Source: a virus
Reading direction: 5' to 3' (one strand)
Length of the DNA stretch: 64,000 nt
IMG/VR virus record: IMGVR_UViG_3300035670_000067
Location: 1 to 64,000 of that record
Part shown: positions 1 through 9,295 of the stretch, piece after piece
Layout: the number at the start of each line of letters is the position of its first letter
Numbering within the stretch: position 1 is the first letter of the stretch
Notes under the pieces: model-generated
What the model was told of the DNA's origin: nothing
Database searches by the model: none
Seen by the model: only the letters and a program-made list of their open reading frames with translations
Position numbers and translations under genes: made by a program

Positions 1-4
1 AGAA

Positions 5-48
5 ATAAAAAAAACCCCGCCCCCAGCATTGGCTACCGAGGGCAGGGT
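5..48 (-). terminator. Rho-independent terminator ending the replication-module transcript
   Basis: Minus strand reads ACCCTGCCCTCGG-loop-CTGGGGGCGGGGT (with G:U pairs) followed by a long T run, just downstream of the stop at 70. Confidence 0.75.
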
Positions 49-69
49 GTGACCGCTTACTACGGTCTT

Positions 70-753
70 TTACTCTTCGTCATCGTCATCGTCATCTTCG
101 TCGTCGGCGTTGGCGTCATCAGCCTCTTCGACCTCTGCCTCATCGGCATCCTCAGCGTCCTCAGCCTCGTCTGCCTCATCGGCATCCTCAGCATCCTCAG
201 CGTCCTCAGCCTCGTCTGCCTCATCGGCAGCCTTAGCAGCTTTCTTGATCACAGGCTTGCCGCCCTTGACTTTCTTGCCGCCCTTGGCAGCCCGCTCGGC
301 CTTCTTAGCCAGACGCTTCGCCCTTTCCTCTTCGAGCTTTTTGGCGGCCTCAGGATCCGGAGTGAACTCCTTCACCAGTTTGATCTCGCCATTGCTCTTG
401 CACTCGAAGTACTCGGGGTGCGACGCGACACAGAACGCGAGATAGCCGGCGTCAAGGTTGCGATCCTTGCCGTTTTCCTTACGATACTCGGCAAGCGCAG
501 CACGCACTTCCTTCGCACCCTTACCGGCCTTGACCAGCGAAACAATCAGATCAAGAGCGATCTGCTTGCTGGTCCCGGGAGCAAACCGCGAACCAGTCGC
601 GGGATGGATTTCTTTGGCGGTCTCAGCCTTGGGATGCTTGAAAGTGATAGGAGTCACCTCAACGGGCTTCTTCTCTTTCTTGACCTTCACCGCTCCATCC
701 TTAGCGACCTTCGCGGTTTTGACATCATCTTTCTTGCTGACCTTACCCTTCAT
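70..753 (-). CDS. Lys-rich/acidic-tail protein (histone-like or RNAP-delta-like architecture)
   Basis: Probable ATG at 753 after AAGGAAGGG; Lys-rich N-terminus, ~90-aa folded core, Lys/Ala-rich linker, C-terminal (DEAEDA)n/poly-Asp tail. Confidence 0.55.
   Translation of the reverse strand: MKGKVSKKDDVKTAKVAKDGAVKVKKEKKPVEVTPITFKHPKAETAKEIHPATGSRFAPGTSKQIALDLIVSLVKAGKGAKEVRAALAEYRKENGKDRNLDAGYLAFCVASHPEYFECKSNGEIKLVKEFTPDPEAAKKLEEERAKRLAKKAERAAKGGKKVKGGKPVIKKAAKAADEADEAEDAEDAEDADEADEAEDAEDADEAEVEEADDANADDEDDDDDDEE
85..230 (-). repeat. Short tandem coding repeats encoding DEAEDA/EDA
   Basis: Repeated ggcatcctcagcgtcctcagcctcgtctgcctcatc units on the + strand. Confidence 0.8.
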
Positions 754-816
754 AACTCGTCCCTTCCTTTTGTTGTTGGATTTGGACACGTCTGTAATAA
801 CGCAATGGAACGTCTA

Positions 817-2382
817 CTACATTTGCTTCACAGTAACTGTTTTTTCAAGCCAATTAATCGTGATCTGAGTAATGCCTCCGACAGCTTCTTCCGGGTCAGG
901 CTTTGACGTTTTTTCTGCCATCAACACTGTCGTAGCTGTCGTGTAAGTGCTGGAAGAACCATCTTTTTCAACCTTATCAACCTTGACAGGCTCTTCGGTC
1001 TTAATTGGCTCTTCGACGGGCTTCTCAATATTCACATTTATACCATCCACTTCTCTAATGCCATGCTTATTAACGTATGCTCTACATGGTCTTAGCCAAG
1101 GACATGCCGCACAGAAACTATCAAAGTCTTCTTTCTTTTCAGGACTTTCATCAACAGTGCCCCAGCAATCAAATCCGACATCTTGTAACGCTTTATGTTC
1201 GTGGTAATCGCGCGAAGATATATCTACAGTAGATTTGAATGTCTCATCATTAAGAGCTTCAAGAATTGTTTTTGCGATTACATCAGATTTGAAATTCATT
1301 ATAAATTCAAAAGCGCGCTCCGCTATCTTTTTCATGCTCTTGGGTTTAGCCAATATATTATGCAAAACTTCTTTCGCATTATCCCAATTGTAACTCACAC
1401 ACGCATCTTCTGGAATTGTGTTATCAGCTCCAGCCAATATATCTTCGTGCACGACAGATATGCATCCGTAAAGCATAGGCTCGAAATGAGTATAATTGTT
1501 ATAGCCTCTTGTTGAACCGTCAATTGAGAATTTGGTAATTTTGAATTTTTCTACTAAAAGATCATGCGGTATAAAACCATGATAAATATGTTCAATAGGT
1601 TGTTCAGCCTCGTATTCCTTATCTTCAACTAAATCACGTTTGATAAATTTCTGCAATCTTCCCTGCGCAAGTAAATCGTGATATTCCTTGCCACCACCAT
1701 AAAAGTGAATGGAGCATCCGTCAAACCCGTCCAATGCTTCGAAGATTTTTGCATGTCCCTTCCACTGTATCCACTGCTGAGCCATCATACCATCAGCTCG
1801 TTCATCACCCATTTTAGGCAATGACGCAAATGTAAGATCGTCAGGTATTATCATTGGAAAATAAGTCCAAATCTTCTTGGCTTCTGTTGGATATGAATCT
1901 ACGGCATTGAAATGTGGACGCTGACTGGCAACAAGCAAATCAATATATTCGGAAGCTAAAATAAACCATTTATTCGTTTTGTGCCAATACACGTCATGCA
2001 TTGTAACTATCTTTTTGATGCCATCTGTCTTTGAATATAAATCCAGCCATCCCATGGGGCTAACAACATTCATATTTCCCTTAGTGGGATGCGGACTTGG
2101 ATGAATAAAATGTATCAAGTCAAATTGCTTAAGTCTCTGGACTGTTGAATTGATGAGATCTGGATGATAAGAAATAAATTCGCTATCTAATTTCTCGCCA
2201 CGCATATACCTAATGCCTATTGGAACTTTCTTATCATTGTCACAACTGTACCTGAATCCGCTTGTCGCATAGAAGTGAGTTACTTCGTGCCCCAATAATC
2301 TGTACCCATCACGTATTGCTTCAGCCCATGTCGTAATCCCGCCAACGTCGAGAATGGGGAAATTGATCAATGCGATCTTCAT
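817..2382 (-). CDS. GT-B glycosyltransferase, T4 DNA alpha-glucosyltransferase-like, with C-terminal Cys cluster
   Basis: MKIALINFPILDVGGITTW..LGHEVTHFYA, KIVTMHD, QWIQWKGH and NYTHFEPMLYG parallel recalled T4 Agt segments (MRICIF..GCGVTKF..GHEVTLVYA, VVYQHD, TTTWKGF, EYTHLELGACG); C-terminal CWG..CAACPWLRPC. Confidence 0.65.
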   Translation of the reverse strand: MKIALINFPILDVGGITTWAEAIRDGYRLLGHEVTHFYATSGFRYSCDNDKKVPIGIRYMRGEKLDSEFISYHPDLINSTVQRLKQFDLIHFIHPSPHPTKGNMNVVSPMGWLDLYSKTDGIKKIVTMHDVYWHKTNKWFILASEYIDLLVASQRPHFNAVDSYPTEAKKIWTYFPMIIPDDLTFASLPKMGDERADGMMAQQWIQWKGHAKIFEALDGFDGCSIHFYGGGKEYHDLLAQGRLQKFIKRDLVEDKEYEAEQPIEHIYHGFIPHDLLVEKFKITKFSIDGSTRGYNNYTHFEPMLYGCISVVHEDILAGADNTIPEDACVSYNWDNAKEVLHNILAKPKSMKKIAERAFEFIMNFKSDVIAKTILEALNDETFKSTVDISSRDYHEHKALQDVGFDCWGTVDESPEKKEDFDSFCAACPWLRPCRAYVNKHGIREVDGINVNIEKPVEEPIKTEEPVKVDKVEKDGSSSTYTTATTVLMAEKTSKPDPEEAVGGITQITINWLEKTVTVKQM

Positions 2383-3002
2383 GTTATTCTTTCTCTGAAT
2401 TGTTTGATTTTTCTACGAAATGCGTTCAGATTCTTTTTGAATTCTGTATCGTTGATGTCGTACCCCATATAATATCTTATCTGAGAATCCTTTATTTCTT
2501 CACCACCCTTAAATCTAGACTTCAAAATATTCCAGAATTCTTTATCCCATCCGTTAAAGATCTTTTCTCGATTAATAATTGAAGAAACAATTTTGAGAAT
2601 CCTTTTACCATCATCTGCCGATTTTGACACAGCAAAAAGATCTTGAATGTTAAACCCATCTTCGTCAGACGCTAATCTATTCTCTGTAATGAATCTATCT
2701 GCTGAACGCAATATCTGTACTCTGAAATCTCCAGCACGTCTAACTATGGCGCTTAGGACAACGTTTTTCCAATCACGTTCTGAACCGTATTTGTATCTGA
2801 ACTTGTAGAGCTTCAATAATTCCAGTCTAACATACTGCATACAGTCTTCAATGTCTTCCGGCCTATATATTCTAGCTCTTACCGCTGACTGTATGCACTT
2901 CTCAAACTTGTTGAGAAACTTAAGGTGTCTTTTGTTTAGAATTGGCGCGGCTTGATCGCAGAAAAAATTCAGCAACAGAACCGGGTGCAGATATGCCAAC
3001 AT
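2379..3002 (-). CDS. sigma70/ECF-like sigma factor
   Basis: EDIEDCMQYVRLELLK...WKNVVLSAIVRRAGDF resembles region 2; helical C-terminus resembles region 4; exact start uncertain. Confidence 0.5.
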   Translation of the reverse strand: MLAYLHPVLLLNFFCDQAAPILNKRHLKFLNKFEKCIQSAVRARIYRPEDIEDCMQYVRLELLKLYKFRYKYGSERDWKNVVLSAIVRRAGDFRVQILRSADRFITENRLASDEDGFNIQDLFAVSKSADDGKRILKIVSSIINREKIFNGWDKEFWNILKSRFKGGEEIKDSQIRYYMGYDINDTEFKKNLNAFRRKIKQFRERIT

Positions 3003-3213
3003 CGGACGCTTTCACAGCCAAGATCGCTCTTGCTATCGTCCTAAGGCATTCGGCATCCGATAATGTTGCTGTTATCACCTCCAAACGAAAATTGGGTGAT
3101 GTCTTCAACTCTCTGACTATGCTGGTCATAGCAGTTGGAGATATATTCTGATCTCTATCTTGTGTCTGAAATTCTACTCCCGTCAATATGCACATCTTTT
3201 TATAACCATTCAT
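2920..3213 (-). CDS. hypothetical protein
   Basis: Co-oriented ORF with ATGA overlap to the upstream HNH gene. Confidence 0.55.
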   Translation of the reverse strand: MNGYKKMCILTGVEFQTQDRDQNISPTAMTSIVRELKTSPNFRLEVITATLSDAECLRTIARAILAVKASDVGISAPGSVAEFFLRSSRANSKQKTP

Positions 3214-3512
3214 ACAAGATTCCTCCTATATCTGGCCTCATTTCTCTCTATTGCCTCTCTTAGTTTTCTGTTGATAGTTGCTTTATCAAATCCTGGAACA
3301 TGCTTATGATGAAACATGTCGTGATGTTTCGAACACAAACACACTAGATTGTTGGCGCAATGAATTGGCTTTTCACTTCTAAAAATAATATGATGGACCG
3401 ATGCAGCACGTTTCCCGCAGCTTGACATCTGACACAATTCGTTATCCCTATTTATCACATAAAGATATAACTCTTCATTCATACTATCATATTCGTGATT
3501 AGGATCTAACAT
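3210..3512 (-). CDS. HNH endonuclease
   Basis: RD..CQMSSC...VHHI...NNLVCLCSKHHDMFH. Confidence 0.85.
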   Translation of the reverse strand: MLDPNHEYDSMNEELYLYVINRDNELCQMSSCGKRAASVHHIIFRSEKPIHCANNLVCLCSKHHDMFHHKHVPGFDKATINRKLREAIERNEARYRRNLV

Positions 3513-3972
3513 TTGGTTCCATTTCTATAATGTGAAGCAGAGTGTTAAAATCCCAATGAGTATGATTTTCAAGTGTCCCATCCTTATGCCTTCGAATATA
3601 CCATGGTCTAAGCTCTTCTATCTTTACTCTTGCATATCTTGAATCATTTAAGCATCTAATCGGCAATACGATCGCGATCTTGGGAAATGCGCGAATAAAA
3701 ACTATGCCCAGCCCTACACCGCCAGCCAAATGCGCAGCTTCTAATCCCTGTTTTTGGTGATCCTTAAAGATGCCAACATTAAAAGTCCCACTATTCAACA
3801 ATTTGAATTCAACAGCCACAAATGCTGAGCGCCAAACAAAGTAAGAATCATATGGCTTTAACTTCGTATTCCTGGCATCCATCAGTGTGACTACATGAAT
3901 ATTCTGCTTTGTTTCAGCAGACCACTGTCTCAGCTCATTTCTGAACTGTGATGCTTTCTGACGCTCAGACAT
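3499..3972 (-). CDS. RecU-like Holliday junction resolvase (PD-(D/E)XK)
   Basis: KPYD...AVEFK...KDHQKQGLEAAHLAGGVGLGIV. Confidence 0.7.
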   Translation of the reverse strand: MSERQKASQFRNELRQWSAETKQNIHVVTLMDARNTKLKPYDSYFVWRSAFVAVEFKLLNSGTFNVGIFKDHQKQGLEAAHLAGGVGLGIVFIRAFPKIAIVLPIRCLNDSRYARVKIEELRPWYIRRHKDGTLENHTHWDFNTLLHIIEMEPNVRS

Positions 3973-4576
3973 AAGACTTTTTCCTTAGATCGTACACGCT
4001 GCCTATCGTTTGCGCAAATTCAGAAGATTGTGTAACAACCATTAGTTGGATCCCGAATCTCTCGCAAACCTTTTTAATGAAATTGCCAGCAATGATCTGC
4101 CTGTCTGGCTCTAATCCACCAAATGGTTCATCTAAGAATATAACCTTATTGATTGATTTATCCACCTTACAAATTACAATCCGCATTAAAACGCCTATAA
4201 TCTCAGCCACCGAACGCCCCTTGTTCATACGGATATCTAGCCAGCCTTCTCCCCTGTTGGCATTCACCATGAAATCACAAGAAGTGTTGTCACCATGCCT
4301 ACCTATCTCAAACTTGAATCTATACTTGTCATCAAACATATCAATTAAACCAGCAGAGATCACACCTTCAAACATTTCGATAATCTTATCATATCGTTTG
4401 CTGATAAGATACTCTATAACTAACCTTGCACGTTTACGCTTTTTGATTTCAGCTAACGCTTCTTTCCTCTGCGTCTTTGCTTCTGCAATTTTCTTCTTTA
4501 TCTGTTCGCGTATTTTCTTCGCAGCGTATAGATCGTTGAAAACTGCATCTATTTTACTTTTTTCTAAACTGAGCAC
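3965..4576 (-). CDS. SbcC/Rad50 ATPase C-terminal half (coiled coil, signature, Walker B)
   Basis: VIFLDEPFGGLE (Walker B/D-loop), MVVTQ switch; probable GTG start at 4576 with GGAGG 6 nt upstream. Confidence 0.8.
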   Translation of the reverse strand: MLSLEKSKIDAVFNDLYAAKKIREQIKKKIAEAKTQRKEALAEIKKRKRARLVIEYLISKRYDKIIEMFEGVISAGLIDMFDDKYRFKFEIGRHGDNTSCDFMVNANRGEGWLDIRMNKGRSVAEIIGVLMRIVICKVDKSINKVIFLDEPFGGLEPDRQIIAGNFIKKVCERFGIQLMVVTQSSEFAQTIGSVYDLRKKSYV

Positions 4577-4811
4577 AAATAACCTCCAATTCTTCCAATT
4601 CCTTCGATATGCGCTTTTCTTCTTCTTCAAGCTTAACCTTCAGAGCATCTAACTCTTTACGCATCTGCTTTGTGGAACAAACTTCTTTGTTGAAAAACTT
4701 CAGCAACTCTTTTTGAGCAAGATCACGTTTATGCTTCAGCATATCGTGCTCGACCTGTAGCTTGTTTAACTCTTGACGCATTGCTTCTACTTTCTTAACG
4801 ATATTGATCAT
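4554..4811 (-). CDS. Coiled-coil protein, probable SbcC arm fragment
   Basis: 85-aa heptad-rich helix lying between sbcD and the SbcC C-half. Confidence 0.55.
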   Translation of the reverse strand: MINIVKKVEAMRQELNKLQVEHDMLKHKRDLAQKELLKFFNKEVCSTKQMRKELDALKVKLEEEEKRISKELEELEVICAQFRKK

Positions 4812-4820
4812 CGCACTCTC

Positions 4821-5816
4821 CTACATTACCTGTTCTAATTTCTCGAGACAATATTGTTTGACTTCTTCTGATACCTTAGCTGTCAACAATGCTGGCGGAT
4901 TCAATAAGATCAATTTTAGATTTTCCACAAAATTTGCACCAAGCGTATTTGATTCGGACAAAGATTCCATCGCTTCTATGAAGTTTTGTTTCTGTAACTT
5001 TTCAATAGCTCTATCAACTGAAGACAGATCAAATACTTCAGAAGCCTTTTTAGTTTTCAATTTTATTTGTTCGATATCGATATCAAATCCATTTATCCTA
5101 ATTATGGCTATCCCCGGCCCAACACCCTCTACAGAACTTTTATAATCAACTCTTCCTATAGAGCCGGGATTTACGAAATATGTTTTTCTATTCAAAGATT
5201 CTACGGCTATTGGCTTGTGGAATCCTAAATGATTATGTCCGCACAAAACCAGATCTACATTAGTCGAAACGTCTCTGGGGTCTACCGTTACCCTAGCCCC
5301 ATCAATGATTTTGGTCGGCGCATCGCAGAACATCGCGTGAGTCAATAAAACTGTCGGCTTCTTTTCATCAATGATTTTAGAACACCAAGTATCACTAGCA
5401 ACTAAATCTCTAGAATAATCTATTCCAGTTATCACACACGACTTTGTAATAACGGTATCTTTAGAAACTCTGCGAAACCACTTGTATCTCTCGAGTAACC
5501 CGAAATTCGTTTTATGAACATAATCTGCATTCCCACCCTGTACGTCATGATTGCCATACACAAACAGAATGTTTAATTCTGGATAGCTTTCCACAATTGA
5601 CACAAATCTTACCATCAACTCATCGTCAGGTTTGTACGAATGTGAAAGATCACCAGTAACCGCCAGATAGTGTATTTTTCTTTTTCTGCAAATTTCAACC
5701 GACTGTGTCAGAAGACTGAACACATCTTCGTTATAGTTGTCTATCCTATTCTCTGGCGGACGATTGGCGATATGTAAATCAGTTATGTGAGCTATCTGCA
5801 ACATATAAATTTCCAC
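4821..5816 (-). CDS. sbcD: SbcD/Mre11-like nuclease (calcineurin-like metallophosphoesterase)
   Basis: DLH, GDL, GNHD, TH and GHNH motifs, NPGS. Confidence 0.85.
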   Translation of the reverse strand: MEIYMLQIAHITDLHIANRPPENRIDNYNEDVFSLLTQSVEICRKRKIHYLAVTGDLSHSYKPDDELMVRFVSIVESYPELNILFVYGNHDVQGGNADYVHKTNFGLLERYKWFRRVSKDTVITKSCVITGIDYSRDLVASDTWCSKIIDEKKPTVLLTHAMFCDAPTKIIDGARVTVDPRDVSTNVDLVLCGHNHLGFHKPIAVESLNRKTYFVNPGSIGRVDYKSSVEGVGPGIAIIRINGFDIDIEQIKLKTKKASEVFDLSSVDRAIEKLQKQNFIEAMESLSESNTLGANFVENLKLILLNPPALLTAKVSEEVKQYCLEKLEQVM

Positions 5817-6864
5817 ATTCTTTGCATTTGATTAATTGATACTTAGACAACTGCTCTTGTGTCTTTGCCTTACTTTTCTCTATGTCTTCCATTCTATCTT
5901 CGATATCAACTAGCATATGGCACGTTTCTAACATATTGTTAATGTCAGCCCCATTCTTTAGGAATGCGTTTAGAGCCGTTTCCAGCCCCTCCAACCGTTG
6001 CGCCACACCGGCAACCGCCGCATATTTATTGAATGCCGCGCTGGCCTCTGTAAGGGCATCCAATAGTCTTCTTTGGGTACACGCATTAGCGGCGGCGGCA
6101 AGGCAACTGCCTAACTGTTCAATGAGTGTAGCCAGTCTATTGATTTCTGTACTACTGCTCTCCAACAATTCTAGATCAGCTATAGCTTTTTCGTATTGTG
6201 CAACTGAAGCAGCTAGTGAATCGAATTGTCCACGCAACTCTTGACATCTAACGAATTGTTCTTCTACTCCATTATATGTCTTAAGTTCTACACGATGTGA
6301 AGACAAAGAAGCTTCTATAGAATGTAATCCGTTCTGTTTTTCGCAAATCTCGCGGCTAATTGTTTTCTTTATCTTTTCAGCAATGTCTATGCCTGTAAGA
6401 TAATTCAGCAGGCTACCCCTTGTCGGCGCACTTTCATAAACTAGAAATGGTAATGGATTATCAACACCGGCGATGACTGGACACAATTCAACATTACCCA
6501 GTTTGATAAACATAGTCCCAAGTATCTGCTTTATCGGCGCTGGGACTTCTGACCCGAATCCTGTAAACTTTTTGTCATTCAGTATATAACTATTTTCGTG
6601 CTTACCGCGCACTCTAACGATTATGATGTCTTCATTCAACCCTTCGAATATCAATTTAACAGACGCATCAAGTATCTCCCCATTTTCCTTCCTACGCATC
6701 CATTCTCCGCGTGGCGAATTCGTAGCTGCCCAGTGATACGCTCTGACTAATGCACTTTTTCCGCTATCATTTGCGCCTATTAGTGCGAACGCATTGTCTC
6801 TAATCTCTACATCCAAATGCTTATGACATTGGAAGTTTTTCAGGATTATCCGTTTTAGGCGCAT
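5779..6864 (-). CDS. SbcC/Rad50 ATPase N-terminal half ending at the zinc hook
   Basis: LKNFQCH, Walker A GANDSGKS, coiled coil, C-terminal CKECG. Confidence 0.85.
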   Translation of the reverse strand: MRLKRIILKNFQCHKHLDVEIRDNAFALIGANDSGKSALVRAYHWAATNSPRGEWMRRKENGEILDASVKLIFEGLNEDIIIVRVRGKHENSYILNDKKFTGFGSEVPAPIKQILGTMFIKLGNVELCPVIAGVDNPLPFLVYESAPTRGSLLNYLTGIDIAEKIKKTISREICEKQNGLHSIEASLSSHRVELKTYNGVEEQFVRCQELRGQFDSLAASVAQYEKAIADLELLESSSTEINRLATLIEQLGSCLAAAANACTQRRLLDALTEASAAFNKYAAVAGVAQRLEGLETALNAFLKNGADINNMLETCHMLVDIEDRMEDIEKSKAKTQEQLSKYQLIKCKECGNLYVADSSHN

Positions 6865-7228
6865 TGAGTTTATTCATCCTTGGAACGGTGGAACTTAAGA
6901 AACCTATGAAATCGACTGGTTTGTGACAATGGGGACATAGAATGATATCCCCATCCTTACATTCTTTCATATCTAATGCGTAACCGTCGAGAAACTCACA
7001 CTTGTCTGGTGTCCAATGATCATACGCTACACAGTCTTTAGTCTTTACTCGCCCAAATCTATCAGCTTTCACTCTTAGCGGCACAAACGAAACACCAATA
7101 GGTCTGTTTTCATTCACGCACACTATGACCGGATAAAAATGCCGCCTCCGAAGAGGCGGCATCGCTTTCATCCGCTTAATTCTTTGCTGGCGCTTGCTCA
7201 TCCTTCGGAACCTCGGGAAGTTTAACAT
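6821..7228 (-). CDS. hypothetical Cys-containing protein
   Basis: CPHC motif, co-oriented; start uncertain. Confidence 0.45.
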   Translation of the reverse strand: MLNFPRFRRMSKRQQRIKRMKAMPPLRRRHFYPVIVCVNENRPIGVSFVPLRVKADRFGRVKTKDCVAYDHWTPDKCEFLDGYALDMKECKDGDIILCPHCHKPVDFIGFLSSTVPRMNKLNAPKTDNPEKLPMS

Positions 7229-7418
7229 CCTTCATCTTAGCGCGAACCTTGGGGTTGAGCGCCAGGATGTTCATAACACTAACGAAATAGTTGACAAACT
7301 TCCAAAGGAATTTGTCATCTTCCTTTGTCGGCGTCAACTTGACCACTATACTCGCGCCAGCGATAACATAGCACACAACATTAAGGATAGAGACCCAATT
7401 GTCTTGGAACCACTGCAT
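7176..7418 (-). CDS. Small membrane protein, holin-like
   Basis: N-terminal TM helix, LTPTKEDD motif, second amphipathic helix; AGGAG SD. Confidence 0.5.
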   Translation of the reverse strand: MQWFQDNWVSILNVVCYVIAGASIVVKLTPTKEDDKFLWKFVNYFVSVMNILALNPKVRAKMKDVKLPEVPKDEQAPAKN

Positions 7419-7427
7419 GTTTTTCTC

Positions 7428-7757
7428 CTAGTTTTTGAACAACGTTAACGTCAAAGTGTAGACAAATGTACCATTAAGCCCGTCTTCACGCAACAGAGCG
7501 GTTTTCTGATTGCTGATCAAAATCTTTTCCAATTCAGCTAATATCTTATGAACCATCTGCGAATATACAACATCTTCAGCACGAAGATCTTCCAAAAGTG
7601 CTCTTCTTTCAACAGCGCATTTTACGGTTAAAGAACCGATGTGTTTCTTAATTAATTCTACAATTGCATCTCTTACATATTGTTTATTGAAATCATCTAG
7701 TGCGGCCTCTGCCAATATCCTGGATAATTCATCTTGCAATATAGAAGTGTCAGCCAT
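7428..7757 (-). CDS. hypothetical protein
   Basis: Tightly packed co-oriented ORF. Confidence 0.55.
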   Translation of the reverse strand: MADTSILQDELSRILAEAALDDFNKQYVRDAIVELIKKHIGSLTVKCAVERRALLEDLRAEDVVYSQMVHKILAELEKILISNQKTALLREDGLNGTFVYTLTLTLFKN

Positions 7758-8139
7758 TTTGCATTGAAACCTTTTTAGCTATCTTCTTTATCCTATTTTC
7801 AATCTGCTTTGTTACAACAATCAGCTCTTCAAGAGTATCAATGTCGTTTTGAGTGACTTTCCCATGAATGCCGATAGCCATATTGGCATATAGATAAGAA
7901 ACTACAAACGCTAAGGCGTGATGTACGCTAGAAAAATATCCAAGATTCGTACCAGATATGTTGCCTTTATCCTTTATCCAGCGAAAGGCTTCTTTGTGTG
8001 TATCCCAATCATACCTGCCACCAACCTTTTCAACGACAACACAATTCAAACTACTAATAATCTTTAGTCCATCTATGGTAATGTTGATGTATTGTCGAGA
8101 TTCGGTTTTTGCTTGGTCTTTCTTCATACTACGCACCAA
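7750..8139 (-). CDS. hypothetical protein
   Basis: Tightly packed co-oriented ORF. Confidence 0.55.
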   Translation of the reverse strand: MVRSMKKDQAKTESRQYINITIDGLKIISSLNCVVVEKVGGRYDWDTHKEAFRWIKDKGNISGTNLGYFSSVHHALAFVVSYLYANMAIGIHGKVTQNDIDTLEELIVVTKQIENRIKKIAKKVSMQNG

Positions 8140-9229
8140 TTTTATTTTTCAGTTCTTTTATCTGAACCTTCAGCTTTTTCTTTTCTTCTTCGTCTATCGT
8201 AGCTTTATACAATCTTCTCAAATGACGCAGATTCTTTTGATCTTCGCTTTCTGTCGGAAAAAGTACATCAACAATTGACTTTCTAAGCTCTTCGTTATTT
8301 CTAATCGCTTCAATAGCTCCATTTATACCCTGACCGATGTTAACGCCATTAACTGAATACCAAGACCCGCCCTTACATACCGCACCAGCCTTTAGCCCCA
8401 TTTCAATAAGCTCTTTTTCCTTATTGAAACCAGTACCAAATTCAATAGAAGTCTCTGCAATTCTAAATGGCGGAGCAAGTTTATTCTTTATAATCTTAAC
8501 TCTTACATTTGTACCAGCGGGACCGTCCTCTTCATCCTTTGTTTTATCAGTCTGCGTCTTCCTAATATCGACACGAACGGAAGAATAAAACTTCATGGCT
8601 TCGCCACCCGGACTTACCTCTGGCGACCCCCATTGGACTCCGATTTTTAACCTAATCTGATTAGTAAAGATAACCAGAGTCTCTGTCTTTTTTATCGGAC
8701 CTGACAACATTCGGCAGGCTTGTGACATGAGTCTAGCTTGAAGGCCGATATGACTATCTCCAATGGCACCTTCTAACTCTGCTCGCGGAACAAGTGCTGC
8801 TATGGAGTCTATAACGACAACGCCAAATTCTCCCGTACGGATCATAGTCTCTGCGATCTGCAGCGCTTCCTCGCCATTGTCTGGCTGACTAAAGATCAAA
8901 GCGTTATCCCCAACAAGCTGAACCCCAAGCTGTTCTGCATATATAGGATCGAGTGCGTTTTCTACATCTATGAATCCACACTTTTTACCGACTTTCTGCG
9001 CATTCGCTATGACATGCAAACACATCGTTGTTTTGCCAGACGAAGCCGGTCCCAGTATCTCAACCATTCTGCCATAAGGAAATCCACCGATACCAAGCGC
9101 TTTATCAACAGCGTAACTTCCACTAGAGATACACGGAACCTTTTTTGCAGTTCCGTCAAAAACATATGCAGACTCAACACCATGCTTTTCTTTGATCATC
9201 TGGACTAGGGCAGAACTATTCATGTTCAC
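8129..9229 (-). CDS. recA: RecA recombinase
   Basis: GPASSGKTT, FIDVENALDP, SQPDNGEEAL, IDSIAALVP, GLQARLMSQA, NQIRLKIG, KNKLAPPF. Confidence 0.97.
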   Translation of the reverse strand: MNMNSSALVQMIKEKHGVESAYVFDGTAKKVPCISSGSYAVDKALGIGGFPYGRMVEILGPASSGKTTMCLHVIANAQKVGKKCGFIDVENALDPIYAEQLGVQLVGDNALIFSQPDNGEEALQIAETMIRTGEFGVVVIDSIAALVPRAELEGAIGDSHIGLQARLMSQACRMLSGPIKKTETLVIFTNQIRLKIGVQWGSPEVSPGGEAMKFYSSVRVDIRKTQTDKTKDEEDGPAGTNVRVKIIKNKLAPPFRIAETSIEFGTGFNKEKELIEMGLKAGAVCKGGSWYSVNGVNIGQGINGAIEAIRNNEELRKSIVDVLFPTESEDQKNLRHLRRLYKATIDEEEKKKLKVQIKELKNKIGA

Positions 9230-9239
9230 CTCTTATGTA

Positions 9240-9270
9240 ATGAAAGAGGGCAGGCTAAATGCCTGCCCTC
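9240..9270 (-). terminator. Stem-loop, weak terminator or processing site between the SSB-like gene and recA
   Basis: GAGGGCAGGC-5 nt-GCCTGCCCTC followed by TTTCAT on the minus strand. Confidence 0.5.
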
Positions 9271-9295
9271 CTCTCGGGGTTGGATGGGTTGAGAG

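Noticed and set aside
49-906. Plus-strand 285-aa hydrophobic ORF and 111-aa Ser/Ala ORF
   Set aside because: Antisense shadows of the low-complexity minus-strand gene; opposite to the uniform gene orientation
4550-4570. A-AAA-AAG slippery site fusing the coiled-coil ORF to the SbcC C-half
   Set aside because: A -1 shift hits TAG after two codons; the C-half is in the +1 frame and has its own GGAGG-GTG start
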